Shown: in pieces, positions 28,810-38,707 of the stretch
How the letters are laid out: every line of letters begins with the position of its first letter
How positions within the stretch are numbered: position 1 is the stretch's first letter
Origin: Bulleidia sp.
GTDB taxonomy: Bacteria > Bacillota > Clostridia > Oscillospirales > Butyricicoccaceae
Reading direction: 5' to 3'
NCBI GenBank assembly: GCA_963661675.1
Contig: CAVLCS010000001.1
Span: forward strand, 21,633-85,632
DNA: 64,000 nucleotides
Program-made: the position numbers and the translations under genes
The notes under the pieces: generated by a model
Seen by the model: only the letters and a program-made list of their open reading frames with translations
Database searches by the model: none
What the model was told of the DNA's origin: nothing

Positions 28810-29595
28810 ATGAAACTATTAGTCATCGGCGATGTGGTCGGCGAGGCCGGTATCGACGCGCTCCACGGCCTGCTGCGCCGCATCAAGCGCGACGTAGGCG
28901 CGGATTTCGTCATCGTAAACGGCGAAAACGCAGCCGGAAACGGCGTTCTGCCGCACCAGACGGACGACATTTTTGCCGCCGGCGCGGACGTCATCACGCT
29001 CGGCAACCACGTGTTCGGCAAACAGCAGATCGTGCCGTATCTGGACAGCCGCTCGGACATTCTCCGGCCGGCCAATCTCGCGCCGCAGAGTCCGGGGCAG
29101 GGCTGGGGCATTTACGACGGCCCGCAGGGCATGCGCCTGCTCGTCATGAACCTGATCGGCCGCTGCGACATGAAATACGGCCCGGACAACCCGTTCCTGT
29201 GCGCTGACCGCATCCTGAAGGAAAACGAGGGCATGTACGACGTGGCGCTCGCCGAGATCCACGCAAACGCCACGAGCGAGAAGCTGGCCATGGGCTATTA
29301 CCTGGATGGCCGCGCAGCGGCTGTCTGGGGCACGCACACGCATGTGCAGACCGCGGACGAGCGCGTCAATCCCAAGGGTACCGGCTACATCACGGATATC
29401 GGCATGACCGGCCCTATCGTTTCCGTGCTCGGCGTGCGTGTGGAGCAGTCCATTGCCATGTTCCGCGGCGACCTGACCGAGTATTTCAAGACCGCCGACG
29501 GCGACTGCGCTGTGTCTGGTGCAGTGTTTGATATTACAAGAAACGGCAAATGCAATTCGGTTCAGCGGGTGTGGGAGAAATTTGCAGTTAAATAG
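28810..29595 (+). CDS. ymdB: YmdB-family metallophosphoesterase
   Basis: IGDVVG, NGENAA, TLGNH, EIHANATSEK, GTHTHVQTAD, TDIGMTG. Confidence 0.9.
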   Translation: MKLLVIGDVVGEAGIDALHGLLRRIKRDVGADFVIVNGENAAGNGVLPHQTDDIFAAGADVITLGNHVFGKQQIVPYLDSRSDILRPANLAPQSPGQGWGIYDGPQGMRLLVMNLIGRCDMKYGPDNPFLCADRILKENEGMYDVALAEIHANATSEKLAMGYYLDGRAAAVWGTHTHVQTADERVNPKGTGYITDIGMTGPIVSVLGVRVEQSIAMFRGDLTEYFKTADGDCAVSGAVFDITRNGKCNSVQRVWEKFAVK

Positions 29596-29889
29596 AACAG
29601 GAAAATACCGCCAGTCCACACTATGAAACACCGTCTCATGGACGCTTGTCCGTGTCAGGAAAACAGTGCGAATTTCCGCAGGTTTTGTACATTTTGCAAG
29701 AACTTGCAATCTGACTTGCAAAAAAAGCAAAATCACAGTTGACGAAAGGGTGGTTTTTGCGGTATGCTATACTCGAAAGACAATGGGGCACAGTTAAAGA
29801 GCAGGGCACTCGCGCCTTACAAATTTAACCGACCCGTTTAGCATACCGTGGCGAGGGACTCCGCGGTGCTTAAGGAGGAAATGATACAG

Positions 29890-31764
29890 ATGAACTCATT
29901 GCTCACCAAATTCACCTTTACCGATGAATTGACCGATGTCATCGAGAACTGCAAGGGCGTATTCGTTCCCACCAGCAAGGCGGAACTGTACGACATGGTA
30001 TTCGGCCCGGATCACGCTGACGTGTACGACGTTGTTTTCGACGTACCGGGCAAGGGCCAGATCAAGGAAGCTGACGTTGTACGCTGCAAGAACGGCGCAT
30101 CCGTCAACTTTGTAGAGGATTACATGCGCCGCCGCGAGCCGGACTGCATGCGCATCGCAGACGACAAGCCGACCGACAAGAAGCGTTTCGCTGATGTTTA
30201 CGGCTACAAGTTCGACAAGCTGCGCAAGGAAACCATGGACTGGTTCAAGACGCAGGAGCTGATCCTCATGCCGTTCAATTCCGGCGGCAACCAGTACGGC
30301 TACGGCTCCATGCTCGTATGCCCGAAGCAGTGCGCGTTCTTCGCATTCGCACTGGCACATCTGCAGGGCTTTGTAAGCGCTGCGGAGACCGAGGGCTACA
30401 AGCCGCGTGCGATCATCTACGTTGCACCTCCGTTCCGTCACACCCACTTCGAGGGCAAGCAGGTCGTTGTTCACAACCGTCTCGACGACTGCCACGAAGT
30501 ATTCTCCTACAACCTGTATCCGGGCCCGTCTGCTAAGAAGGGTGTTTACTCCGTACTGCTCGACATTGGTGAGCAGGAAGGCTGGACCACCTGCCATACT
30601 TCCGCAGGCCGTCTGATCACCCCGTACGAGAACGAACTCGTCATCATGCACGAGGGCGCGTCCGGCGGCGGCAAGAGTGAGATGCTGCAGGATATCGCCC
30701 GCGAGCCGGACGGTCAGGTCCTGCTCTCCACCAACACGGTGACCGGCGAGAAGACCTACCTCAATGTCGGCACGACCTGCAAGATCGAGCCGGTATGCGA
30801 CGATATGGCTACCTGCTACCCGGGCATTCAGAACAAGTCCGGCAAGCTGGTCCTGGTCGATGGTGAGGACGGCTGGTTCCTGCGTATGGACGGCGTAACT
30901 CACTACGGCTGCGATCCGGTTTACGAGCGCATCTGCACCGAGCCGAAGGAGCCGCTGTGCTTCTTCAACATGGAAGGCCATCCGGGTGCAACCCTGCTGA
31001 TCTGGGAGCACACCCTGGATTCCAACGGCAAGCCGTGCTCCAACCCGCGTGCTATCGTTCCGCGCTGGGATGTTCCGAACATCGTTAAGGAGCCGGTAGA
31101 AGTTGACGTACGTTCCTTCGGCGTTCGTATGCCTCCTTCCACCCGCGAGAACCCGAACTACGGCATCATGGGCATGCTGCATATCATTCCGCCGGCACTG
31201 GCTTGGCTGTGGCGCCTGATTGCGCCGCGCGGCTTCAACAACCCGTCCATCGTAACCGGCAACGAGCTGAAGAGCGAGGGCGTTGGTTCCTACTGGCCGT
31301 TCGCAACCGGCAAGCGCGTAAAGCAGGCTAACCTGCTGCTGCACCAGATCGTGGACAGCCCGAACACCCGCTACGTCCTGATCCCGAACCAGCACATCGG
31401 CGTTTACAAGGTCGGCTTTGCGGCTGAGTGGATCTCCCGTGAGTATCTGGCACGCCACGGCGGCGCTAAGATCCGCAAGGAGCACCTCGAGCCGGCACGC
31501 TGCCCGCTGCTCGGCTACGCGATGAAGGATATGACCATCGACGGTCAGCGCATCCGCTCCAAGTTCCTGCGCGTTGATACGCAGGACCGCGTAGGCACCG
31601 ACGGCTACGACGCAGGTGCGAAGATCCTGACCGACTTCTTCCGCAAGGAGCTGGCGAAGTTCGATACGCCGGAGCTCGAGCCGATGGGCAAGCAGATCAT
31701 CGACTGCTTCATGAACGGCGGCACGCTGGAGGACTTCGAGAAGATCACGCCGACTGGCCTCTAA
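29890..31764 (+). CDS. DUF4914-family P-loop protein (PEP carboxykinase-like); alternative start 29881
   Basis: YMRRREPDCM, NLYPGPSAKKG, HEGASGGGKSE, SEGVGSYWPF. Confidence 0.7.
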   Translation: MNSLLTKFTFTDELTDVIENCKGVFVPTSKAELYDMVFGPDHADVYDVVFDVPGKGQIKEADVVRCKNGASVNFVEDYMRRREPDCMRIADDKPTDKKRFADVYGYKFDKLRKETMDWFKTQELILMPFNSGGNQYGYGSMLVCPKQCAFFAFALAHLQGFVSAAETEGYKPRAIIYVAPPFRHTHFEGKQVVVHNRLDDCHEVFSYNLYPGPSAKKGVYSVLLDIGEQEGWTTCHTSAGRLITPYENELVIMHEGASGGGKSEMLQDIAREPDGQVLLSTNTVTGEKTYLNVGTTCKIEPVCDDMATCYPGIQNKSGKLVLVDGEDGWFLRMDGVTHYGCDPVYERICTEPKEPLCFFNMEGHPGATLLIWEHTLDSNGKPCSNPRAIVPRWDVPNIVKEPVEVDVRSFGVRMPPSTRENPNYGIMGMLHIIPPALAWLWRLIAPRGFNNPSIVTGNELKSEGVGSYWPFATGKRVKQANLLLHQIVDSPNTRYVLIPNQHIGVYKVGFAAEWISREYLARHGGAKIRKEHLEPARCPLLGYAMKDMTIDGQRIRSKFLRVDTQDRVGTDGYDAGAKILTDFFRKELAKFDTPELEPMGKQIIDCFMNGGTLEDFEKITPTGL

Positions 31765-31785
31765 TTTTACTGCAATCGTATAATA

Positions 31786-31818
31786 AAAGCACCGAAACGT
31801 ATGTTTCGGTGCTTTTTT
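31786..31818 (+). terminator. Intrinsic terminator
   Basis: AAAAGCACCGAAAC-gtat-GTTTCGGTGCTTTTTT. Confidence 0.85.
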
Positions 31819-31880
31819 CGTGCAATAATGGAGGATTGAGAATGGAGGATTGAGAATGAACGTGGGATGGAATCGGTTCC

Positions 31881-32790
31881 GGGCGAACAATGTTCGCCCC
31901 TACGGAAATGTGTGCCATGAATATTCAATAGTGCATATAGTTAAAAATGGACGCGCAATGCGCGCCCCTACAATCGCCGAATGCTGCAGGTTGATTGACC
32001 TTGCTGCAAACGGTAAATCGTTGTAGGGGCGGCCATTGGCCGTCCTTTCAAGGGATTGGCACAATTTTACCGCAGCGGCACAGTCATCGTAGGGGCGGAC
32101 CAGTGTGTCCGCCCTGTAAACCGGTACGCAAGGGTATAAAAGGGCAGACACATTCTGACTCGCTAAGAGCCGTCCTGCGGACGGTTGTTCGCTGGACGCC
32201 CACTGTGGTGGGTGTGGTGCGTCCCTACGGAAATGTGTGTCATTGATGTTTAATGATGCATACCGTTGACAACGGACGCGCAATGCGCGCCCCTACAATC
32301 GGTGGATGCTGCAGGTTGATAGATCTTGCTGCAATCGGTAAATCATTGTAGGGGCGGCCATTGGCCGTCCTTTCAAGGGATTGGCACAATTTTGCTGCAG
32401 CGGCACGGTCATCGTAGGGACGGACCAGTGTGTCCGCCCTGTAAACCGGTACGCAAGGATATGAAAAGGGCAGACACATTCCGACTCGCTAAGAGCCATC
32501 CTGCGGACGGTTGCTCGCTGGACGCCCACTGCGGTGGGGGTGGTGCGCCCCTACGGAAATGTTCGCCATTGGTGTTTAATGGTGCATGTGGTTGAAAACG
32601 GACGCACAATGCGCGCCCCTACAATCGCCGGATGCTGCAGGTTGATTGACCTTGCTGCAATCGGCAAATCAATGTAGGGGCGGCCATTGGCCGTCCTTCC
32701 AAGGAATTGGCACAATTTTACCGCAGCGGCACGGTCATCGTAGGGGCGGACCAGTGTGTCCGCCCGGTAAACCGGCACGCAATGATAAAA
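31881..32790. repeat. Tandem ~325-bp REP-composite units (~2.7 copies)
   Basis: CGGAAATG unit starts at 31903, 32228, 32554; each unit contains several GTAG-REP hairpins. Confidence 0.9.
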
Positions 32791-32860
32791 AGGCAGACCC
32801 TTCGGTCTGCCTTTGCGGAAACATATGCGCGGAACGCCAACGAAAACGCGGCGCAGCCTG

Positions 32861-33328
32861 TCAATCCACTGTAAGCTTGAGCTTATACGAGAATTTACCG
32901 ACCAAATACGCGAACAGGAAGGTAACAAAAGTGAGAATGTACAGGTTGGTGCGCCAGATGGACACGGCCATTTGCGCTGTATCGGCGCTTGCATACTGCA
33001 GATTGTCCCACGCCACATTATTGAACAAGGTGGCCGACAGGAAGAAGAACACGGCCATGACAATGCCCCAGATCACACCGCGCTTTTTGGACGCAGACTG
33101 CTCGGCGGCAGTCGGTTTGTACCCTCTTGCCGAGTACATGAACAGCAGCGCGAGAATGAACAGCACTGCCGGAATGACGATCGACGGCAGAACGGAGACC
33201 AGGTAGGCCGTTCCGATGATGGCACGCTTGATCGCTTCGATGATGCACGACAGCGCGATAACACCGACGAGCCCCAGTACGCAGGAGTTGTAGATCGGCC
33301 GGAAAAGAATGATTACGATTTGTCTCAT
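32861..33328 (-). CDS. Hypothetical membrane protein (about four TM segments)
   Basis: Hydrophobic segments; SD AAGGAGG; follows trmO. Confidence 0.7.
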   Translation of the reverse strand: MRQIVIILFRPIYNSCVLGLVGVIALSCIIEAIKRAIIGTAYLVSVLPSIVIPAVLFILALLFMYSARGYKPTAAEQSASKKRGVIWGIVMAVFFFLSATLFNNVAWDNLQYASADTAQMAVSIWRTNLYILTFVTFLFAYLVGKFSYKLKLTVD

Positions 33329-33343
33329 GAAAAGAACCTCCTT

Positions 33344-34030
33344 TTAGGCGTTGCTGTCCGCAATATCCGTGACAGTCAAAACGTCATTTTCGACGGTAAA
33401 TTTCACCTCAAATCCCGCAAACGGGAACCCATACACGCGGCCGGCTTCGTGCTGATACCCCGGTCTCGGGTCCTGCGCGAGCACGTTCAGCAGCGTCTGC
33501 CAGCGTTCTTCCGGCAGCTTGGCGAGCAGCTGCTCCGGACACTCGACCCGTACCGCGTCGGTCGTGAGCGCAAAGCCACCGAGCGCCTGCGGATGCGAAT
33601 CCGTGTACGCAAGGTACGGCTTAATGTCGAAGATCGGCGTGCCGTCCATCAAATCTGCACCCGAGATGTGCAGCACCGGACCGTCCGGCGTGTTGGGTTC
33701 CACCCGGTCAAGCTTGACCGAGGACAGCCCGATCTCATTCGGCCGGAACGGCGAGCGCGTCGCAAACACGCCGATGCGCTTGTTGCCGCCCAGCTTGGGC
33801 GGACGCACGGTCGGCGACCAGCCGTCGCGCACGGCTGCCGAAAACTGCCAGATGAGCCACAGATGCGAGAAACCCTCGATGCCGCGCAGCGCATCCGCGT
33901 TGCGGTACTCCGGCTCGAAGACAATGCGTGCCGGTACGTCCGCCAGTCCGCTCTGCCGCGGAATGCCGAATTTTGTGGGGAAATCGCTGCGTATTCGCGC
34001 AATAATGTGCATTTCTACCGTCTGTGACAT
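33344..34030 (-). CDS. trmO: tRNA m6t6A37 methyltransferase TrmO/TsaA
   Basis: KFGIPRQSG, TVRPPKLGG, FATRSPFRPN, DLMDGTPIFDIKPY, LAQDPRP. Confidence 0.92.
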   Translation of the reverse strand: MSQTVEMHIIARIRSDFPTKFGIPRQSGLADVPARIVFEPEYRNADALRGIEGFSHLWLIWQFSAAVRDGWSPTVRPPKLGGNKRIGVFATRSPFRPNEIGLSSVKLDRVEPNTPDGPVLHISGADLMDGTPIFDIKPYLAYTDSHPQALGGFALTTDAVRVECPEQLLAKLPEERWQTLLNVLAQDPRPGYQHEAGRVYGFPFAGFEVKFTVENDVLTVTDIADSNA

Positions 34031-34095
34031 AGTAAAACTCCTTTGGGTTGGTATATTCAGTATAGCACAGGAAATGTCGGGTGCAAAGCGGTGTT

Positions 34096-34111
34096 TTACA
34101 GATTGTTAATG
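34096..34111 (+). repeat. Left att core repeat
   Basis: TTACAGATTGTTAATG, identical to 40061-40076. Confidence 0.85.
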
Positions 34112-34210
34112 ATAAGTACTGCTGAAACTATGTTGATTGGTTAAGAAAATGCGCATTTAGTTTGAAATACTCTGTGTTGAGAGTCAATAAAGTTGTGTTT
34201 TAATTTTGAA

Positions 34211-34260
34211 TGACACCAATTTGACACCAGTTGTACTGAAAAGTCTCAGAAATGACACCA
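34211..34260 (+). repeat. Integrase arm-type sites (left)
   Basis: TGACACCA at 34211, 34222, 34253. Confidence 0.7.
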
Positions 34261-34367
34261 ATCAATTCGCTGTATGGGAAAATCAGTTTTGAGAGAATGT
34301 TGAAATTGATTGACGAAGGCTGTAAGATATTGTACAATATTTACAAAGAGGTAAAGGAGTAAAAATT

Positions 34368-35264
34368 ATGAAAAACTCAAAACGCTGGATTAGCGGAGCA
34401 ATGGCGGCATTTCTGCTGTTATGCGCAGGCTGTGGACAAAACACGAATGGTACGGATTCTGCTGCTGCGGAAGCTGAGCAGGAACAGCAGCAGGAGCCTG
34501 TGGTAGAACAGGTTGAAGATATGGATATGACCCTGCCTCTTCAATACTGGAATGATGATAGTACTGCTATTGAAGAAGAGACTACAAAAGATGGTAAGTA
34601 TACTGGTCAGCTTATTGATGGTGTTCCTTCTGGACAGGGCAGATTCGATACAAAGAATTCCGAGGGAAAACGATGGCATTATGAGGGTGAATTTGCGGAC
34701 GGTAGAATGACGGGATTAGGTTCTGTGACATGGGATGATGATGATTATGTGAATCTAGAAGGTCATTTTACAGATGGTGCGTTTACGCCTACAAGGTCAG
34801 AGTGGTATAAAAATGCAATATCTGTCGATACGGAAGGGTTTGAACATCAACTTACACTGGATGAAACGACACTTGCAGCACTTGAGGCGAACGCAGATAT
34901 ATTTCCTGCTGCGGATGATGCAGCCAAGAGCAAGGCACAGAATCTTGTAGACAGTTCTATCGAATATAAACATCTTTCTAAGAATGTAACGCCATATCGT
35001 GGGAAATTGGTCTATTTCAAAAATCAGCGTGTGCTACAAGTTCTTTCCACCAACTATTGGGGACGCACATATACTTCGATTTTAACATCTAACCAGTATG
35101 ATAGCGAATTTCAATATCTTACATATGATGGGGATATTGATGTTTTTGATGGAGATAACATCACGTTTATCGCTATGCCGTATGGCTCGAGCAGCTTTGA
35201 GAATATTGGTGGCGGTGCTACAAATGTCGTCGCTGATATTGCTTCGATTATCATCAAGAACTGA
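34368..35264 (+). CDS. Lipoprotein with MORN-like repeats and a possible C-terminal OB-like domain
   Basis: Lipobox LCAGC; YTGQLIDGVPSGQG and YEGEFADGRMTGLG repeats. Confidence 0.7.
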   Translation: MKNSKRWISGAMAAFLLLCAGCGQNTNGTDSAAAEAEQEQQQEPVVEQVEDMDMTLPLQYWNDDSTAIEEETTKDGKYTGQLIDGVPSGQGRFDTKNSEGKRWHYEGEFADGRMTGLGSVTWDDDDYVNLEGHFTDGAFTPTRSEWYKNAISVDTEGFEHQLTLDETTLAALEANADIFPAADDAAKSKAQNLVDSSIEYKHLSKNVTPYRGKLVYFKNQRVLQVLSTNYWGRTYTSILTSNQYDSEFQYLTYDGDIDVFDGDNITFIAMPYGSSSFENIGGGATNVVADIASIIIKN

Positions 35265-35275
35265 GGATGAAAGAT

Positions 35276-36394
35276 ATGAAACGGACGATCTTGCTTGCTG
35301 CGGCGATTACTGGTGTTGTTCTCCTAAGCGGATGTGCTGATACCAGTGCGAAAGATGCAACGGAAGCGGTCAAAAACGCCTATACGCAGGCTATCCAGGA
35401 ATCAGAAGTAGCAAACGAAGGAAAATCCCTGGGAGAATTTATTGATCAGGCCCATGGATACAATGAATTGTATCTCAAGCTGACCACACTGGATAAAAAT
35501 CTAAGCGAAGGCTCGGATGCTGATTACAGTGCTCAGTATGAAACATATTTTGGAAGCAAACCGGCATCAACCGAGGAAGCCAAACAGTGGACGGCTGATG
35601 CACTGGGCTATATTGTGGAAGAAGACCGCGATCTGTTATCGCCGTTTATTCGCACGATTAAGGATTCGGCCAGTGTTTCTGAGGGGAATTTTGAAGACCA
35701 GAAGGCATCCTTTAAGGTGGAGAATACAGCGGCCCTGTTGAATGAACTGCATTTGTCCGCGGATTCGTTTGGCAAGATTCTGGCTATGACGGATATTTAC
35801 GCATCGCAGATTGATTTTTCGGAAACCGGATTTGACTTTTCGTGGGATGGCACGGGCGGAGTATTTACGCTGAAATTAGTTCCGCCTGCAGAGTGCTATG
35901 TGGATTTCGTGGAAAAGTTCAATGAAGGGCTGAAAATATTTGATCCTAAGGGAGCGGGTTCTGATTCGGAATCGTCACTGCGTCATACGACATTCCTTGA
36001 TATTGATGAGGCTGTGGTTAATGAGGTGGATGGTGCACCTACCTATAATCCGGACTTGAACCGAGACGGTAATTATCGTGAATATTTTGAGTATGTCATG
36101 AACGATGAACAGAGTGATTGGAAACGTATCACGATTTGCAGCTATATAGGTTATGCACTGAGTCAGAAAGATGCCATCAGCTATCTGGGCGGAGCGGCGA
36201 ATTTCACAATGTACTGCCAGACACTGATGTACGCTACGCAAGATAACGCTACAGAGGATAGTATAACCGATCTTTATAATGCAATGGTAAAGGATGCGGG
36301 AAATACCCATTCGGCAACAAAGAATATCAACGGTATTCAGTACATATACGAAACCAAGAATGGCCCCGCGCTGTATTTTACGGCGGAAAAGTGA
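35276..36394 (+). CDS. Hypothetical lipoprotein (alternative start 35267)
   Basis: MKRTILLAAAITGVVLLSGC lipobox. Confidence 0.7.
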   Translation: MKRTILLAAAITGVVLLSGCADTSAKDATEAVKNAYTQAIQESEVANEGKSLGEFIDQAHGYNELYLKLTTLDKNLSEGSDADYSAQYETYFGSKPASTEEAKQWTADALGYIVEEDRDLLSPFIRTIKDSASVSEGNFEDQKASFKVENTAALLNELHLSADSFGKILAMTDIYASQIDFSETGFDFSWDGTGGVFTLKLVPPAECYVDFVEKFNEGLKIFDPKGAGSDSESSLRHTTFLDIDEAVVNEVDGAPTYNPDLNRDGNYREYFEYVMNDEQSDWKRITICSYIGYALSQKDAISYLGGAANFTMYCQTLMYATQDNATEDSITDLYNAMVKDAGNTHSATKNINGIQYIYETKNGPALYFTAEK

Positions 36395-36532
36395 AAAATA
36401 ACAGGAAAAGCGGGTGGACTGAGGGAGAGGATGAGGACAAAATTGACATTATCACGGTGAGATTCGCAGAGCAAGAACCAATCACATTGACTGTTGTCAT
36501 GCTCGATGATGATTTTTAATTAAAAAATAACT

Positions 36533-36573
36533 GCGGCTGATATGCGTAAAAATCGCATATCAGCCGCTTTTTG
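36533..36573 (+). terminator. Terminator after cargo genes
   Basis: GCGGCTGATATGCG-taaaaat-CGCATATCAGCCGC-TTTTT. Confidence 0.8.
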
Positions 36574-37114
36574 CTGTTTATATAATATTTTTAGTTGCAA
36601 ATTGTAAAAGTTGCATAATAAATGGCCGATAATTTTGTGTATAATGCTGCGACCGAAAATCCGATTTTTTGTATAGTAGTATATGTCAAGCAAAAACACC
36701 GCGCGGCAAGCCACATCAGTCCGCGAGAACGCGCCACAATCGTTCCTGCCCAACTACGCGCATCTCTTGACAAATGACCGCTAGAAACGATTCTGAGCTA
36801 TTTTGCGCCTATTTATAGAAAGAGGTGAAATTCCACGATTTGGTAAGTCAGCCACACGGTAATTCAGCGACATTTCAGCGTTGAGTTCAGCCAGTGACTC
36901 ACGATGAACGACCATGACCAACGACCGCAAAGGGGAGATTAGATGTTTTTATAGCTATCTGTATAAAATCAAGAAAATCTAAATTTTTCGTCTGGAAGCA
37001 CATTTTCCGAAACTTCGGAGAGCCGCAAAAATGCCGTTTCCCGAAAACTCGGAACGAGCCAGAGAGGAAAAAAGGATTTTAAATATTGTAACATGGAAAG
37101 GAAGGAAAAACAAT

Positions 37115-38092
37115 ATGAATAATCCCATCAACTTACAGAACGAAGCGTTCAGCCAGAGTGAAAGTACACAAGCGTTCGCCAAACTGCCGAAGGTACTTAT
37201 CACTGAACCACAATACAAACATCTGAAAGCAAATCATATGGCGGCATACAGTTTAATGCTTGACCGACTGCAATTATCCATCACCAACCAGATGAAAGAC
37301 AATAACGGCACACCATTCATCTATTATGCAGTGGAAAATGTGGCTAAAGATGTTCATTGCAGTGTAAAGACAGCGGGAAAAGTGGTTGCAGAACTCGACC
37401 GCACAGGACTGATTCGCAAAGTAAAACAGGGGCAGGGAAAACCAAACCGCATTTACGTTTACGATGTATTTCAAGCTGACCAGTCCAAACAGCTGGTCGG
37501 GACACGTTCAGAATACCGACAAGAACCGTCAAAAGAACAAGCGCAGACAGGTATACTTGACGCTCTTAGACAGGTAAGCTTGCCATCTCTAAACCAGTCA
37601 AAAATACTGAGTAATAAAACTGAAATTAGTAAGACTGATAGAAGCAAGACTGAAAATAGTAATACGGATAACAGTAATTATGCTGTCAACGGTAATGAAC
37701 GGGCTTTGAATGGCGGCGTTATGACCTCAGATGCAAAGAATTATCTTCTGACCAGAAATGAACAATCTATGGTTCGAGAGGTTAGCAATCTGCTCTTTGA
37801 ACTGGTAGCAACTCCGAGTCGGTATATCTGCATTGATGGCAAAACCCAAAGAGGATATGACGTAAGTGTGCTGATGTCAAATATCAGTGGGGCACAAATT
37901 CAAACCGCATTGGATTCAGTTGGAGCAGAACAGTATTCCGCAGAAGAACGGCGCGACTATTTAATCTCAGCGCTATATCGTGCAGTTGATCAAACAGGCA
38001 ATGCTGACACTCTGGCTGAAATAAGTAAAGAAACGCAAGAGCGGAACAGACGCAGATTTGACCGACAACTCACAGACTTTTTAGGCGAATGA
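37115..38092 (+). CDS. Replication initiator, RepA_N family
   Basis: FAKLPKVL...YSLMLDRLQLS...FIYY...GLIRKVKQGQGKPNRIYV; internal 15-bp repeats. Confidence 0.8.
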   Translation: MNNPINLQNEAFSQSESTQAFAKLPKVLITEPQYKHLKANHMAAYSLMLDRLQLSITNQMKDNNGTPFIYYAVENVAKDVHCSVKTAGKVVAELDRTGLIRKVKQGQGKPNRIYVYDVFQADQSKQLVGTRSEYRQEPSKEQAQTGILDALRQVSLPSLNQSKILSNKTEISKTDRSKTENSNTDNSNYAVNGNERALNGGVMTSDAKNYLLTRNEQSMVREVSNLLFELVATPSRYICIDGKTQRGYDVSVLMSNISGAQIQTALDSVGAEQYSAEERRDYLISALYRAVDQTGNADTLAEISKETQERNRRRFDRQLTDFLGE

Positions 38093-38412
38093 AGTTGATT
38101 CATATTTCCTTGCTGGCTGGATTTGAGGATGTGTCACAAATGGCTATCCTCTTACGGACTAAAGTCGGGAAACGCGACCTTTGAGCAGTAATGCTGTACG
38201 GAGAATACAGTAGCGTTTCGAGACGGTATTCTGGAAGAGACAAGGAATTTGAGAGTAAGGAGAGAGCGAGCGGCTATTTACTGCGCTGCAGATTTTGTTT
38301 TAAGGGAATCCCGCTCGATAATGGGCATGATTTACACTTTCCACACCTGCCGTCTGCACACGAGCAGGCGAGTAGATGTATCTCAATCAACAAATAAGAA
38401 AAGAGGTTTTCT

Positions 38413-38625
38413 ATGGTAAATAAAAACAAGAACAGAATTACCCCGATCTGGGAAAGTCCTCTGCTGAATGTAGAGGAGGCATCCGACTATTTTCACATTG
38501 GAATGAACAAGATTCGGGCTTTAACCGATGGGGACAACAATCCCTATGTACTGTGGGTTGGCACAAAACGAATGATCAATCGGGCGAAACTGGAACAGTA
38601 CCTGCTTGGAAGCTATTCGGCGTAA
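38413..38625 (+). CDS. xis: Tn916-type excisionase
   Basis: PIWESPLLNVEEASDYFHIG...VLWVGTKRMINRAKLEQYL. Confidence 0.85.
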   Translation: MVNKNKNRITPIWESPLLNVEEASDYFHIGMNKIRALTDGDNNPYVLWVGTKRMINRAKLEQYLLGSYSA

Positions 38626-38707
38626 AAACAGTGCATTTCTGCCCCATTTATGATATACTGAGGATGTCATATTTGGGGCTTTTCAGTCAATGAAAGGAGA
38701 GAAAAAC

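Noticed and set aside
38191..38397. 68-aa ORF between repA and xis
   Set aside because: No clear SD or recognisable motif; cannot be supported
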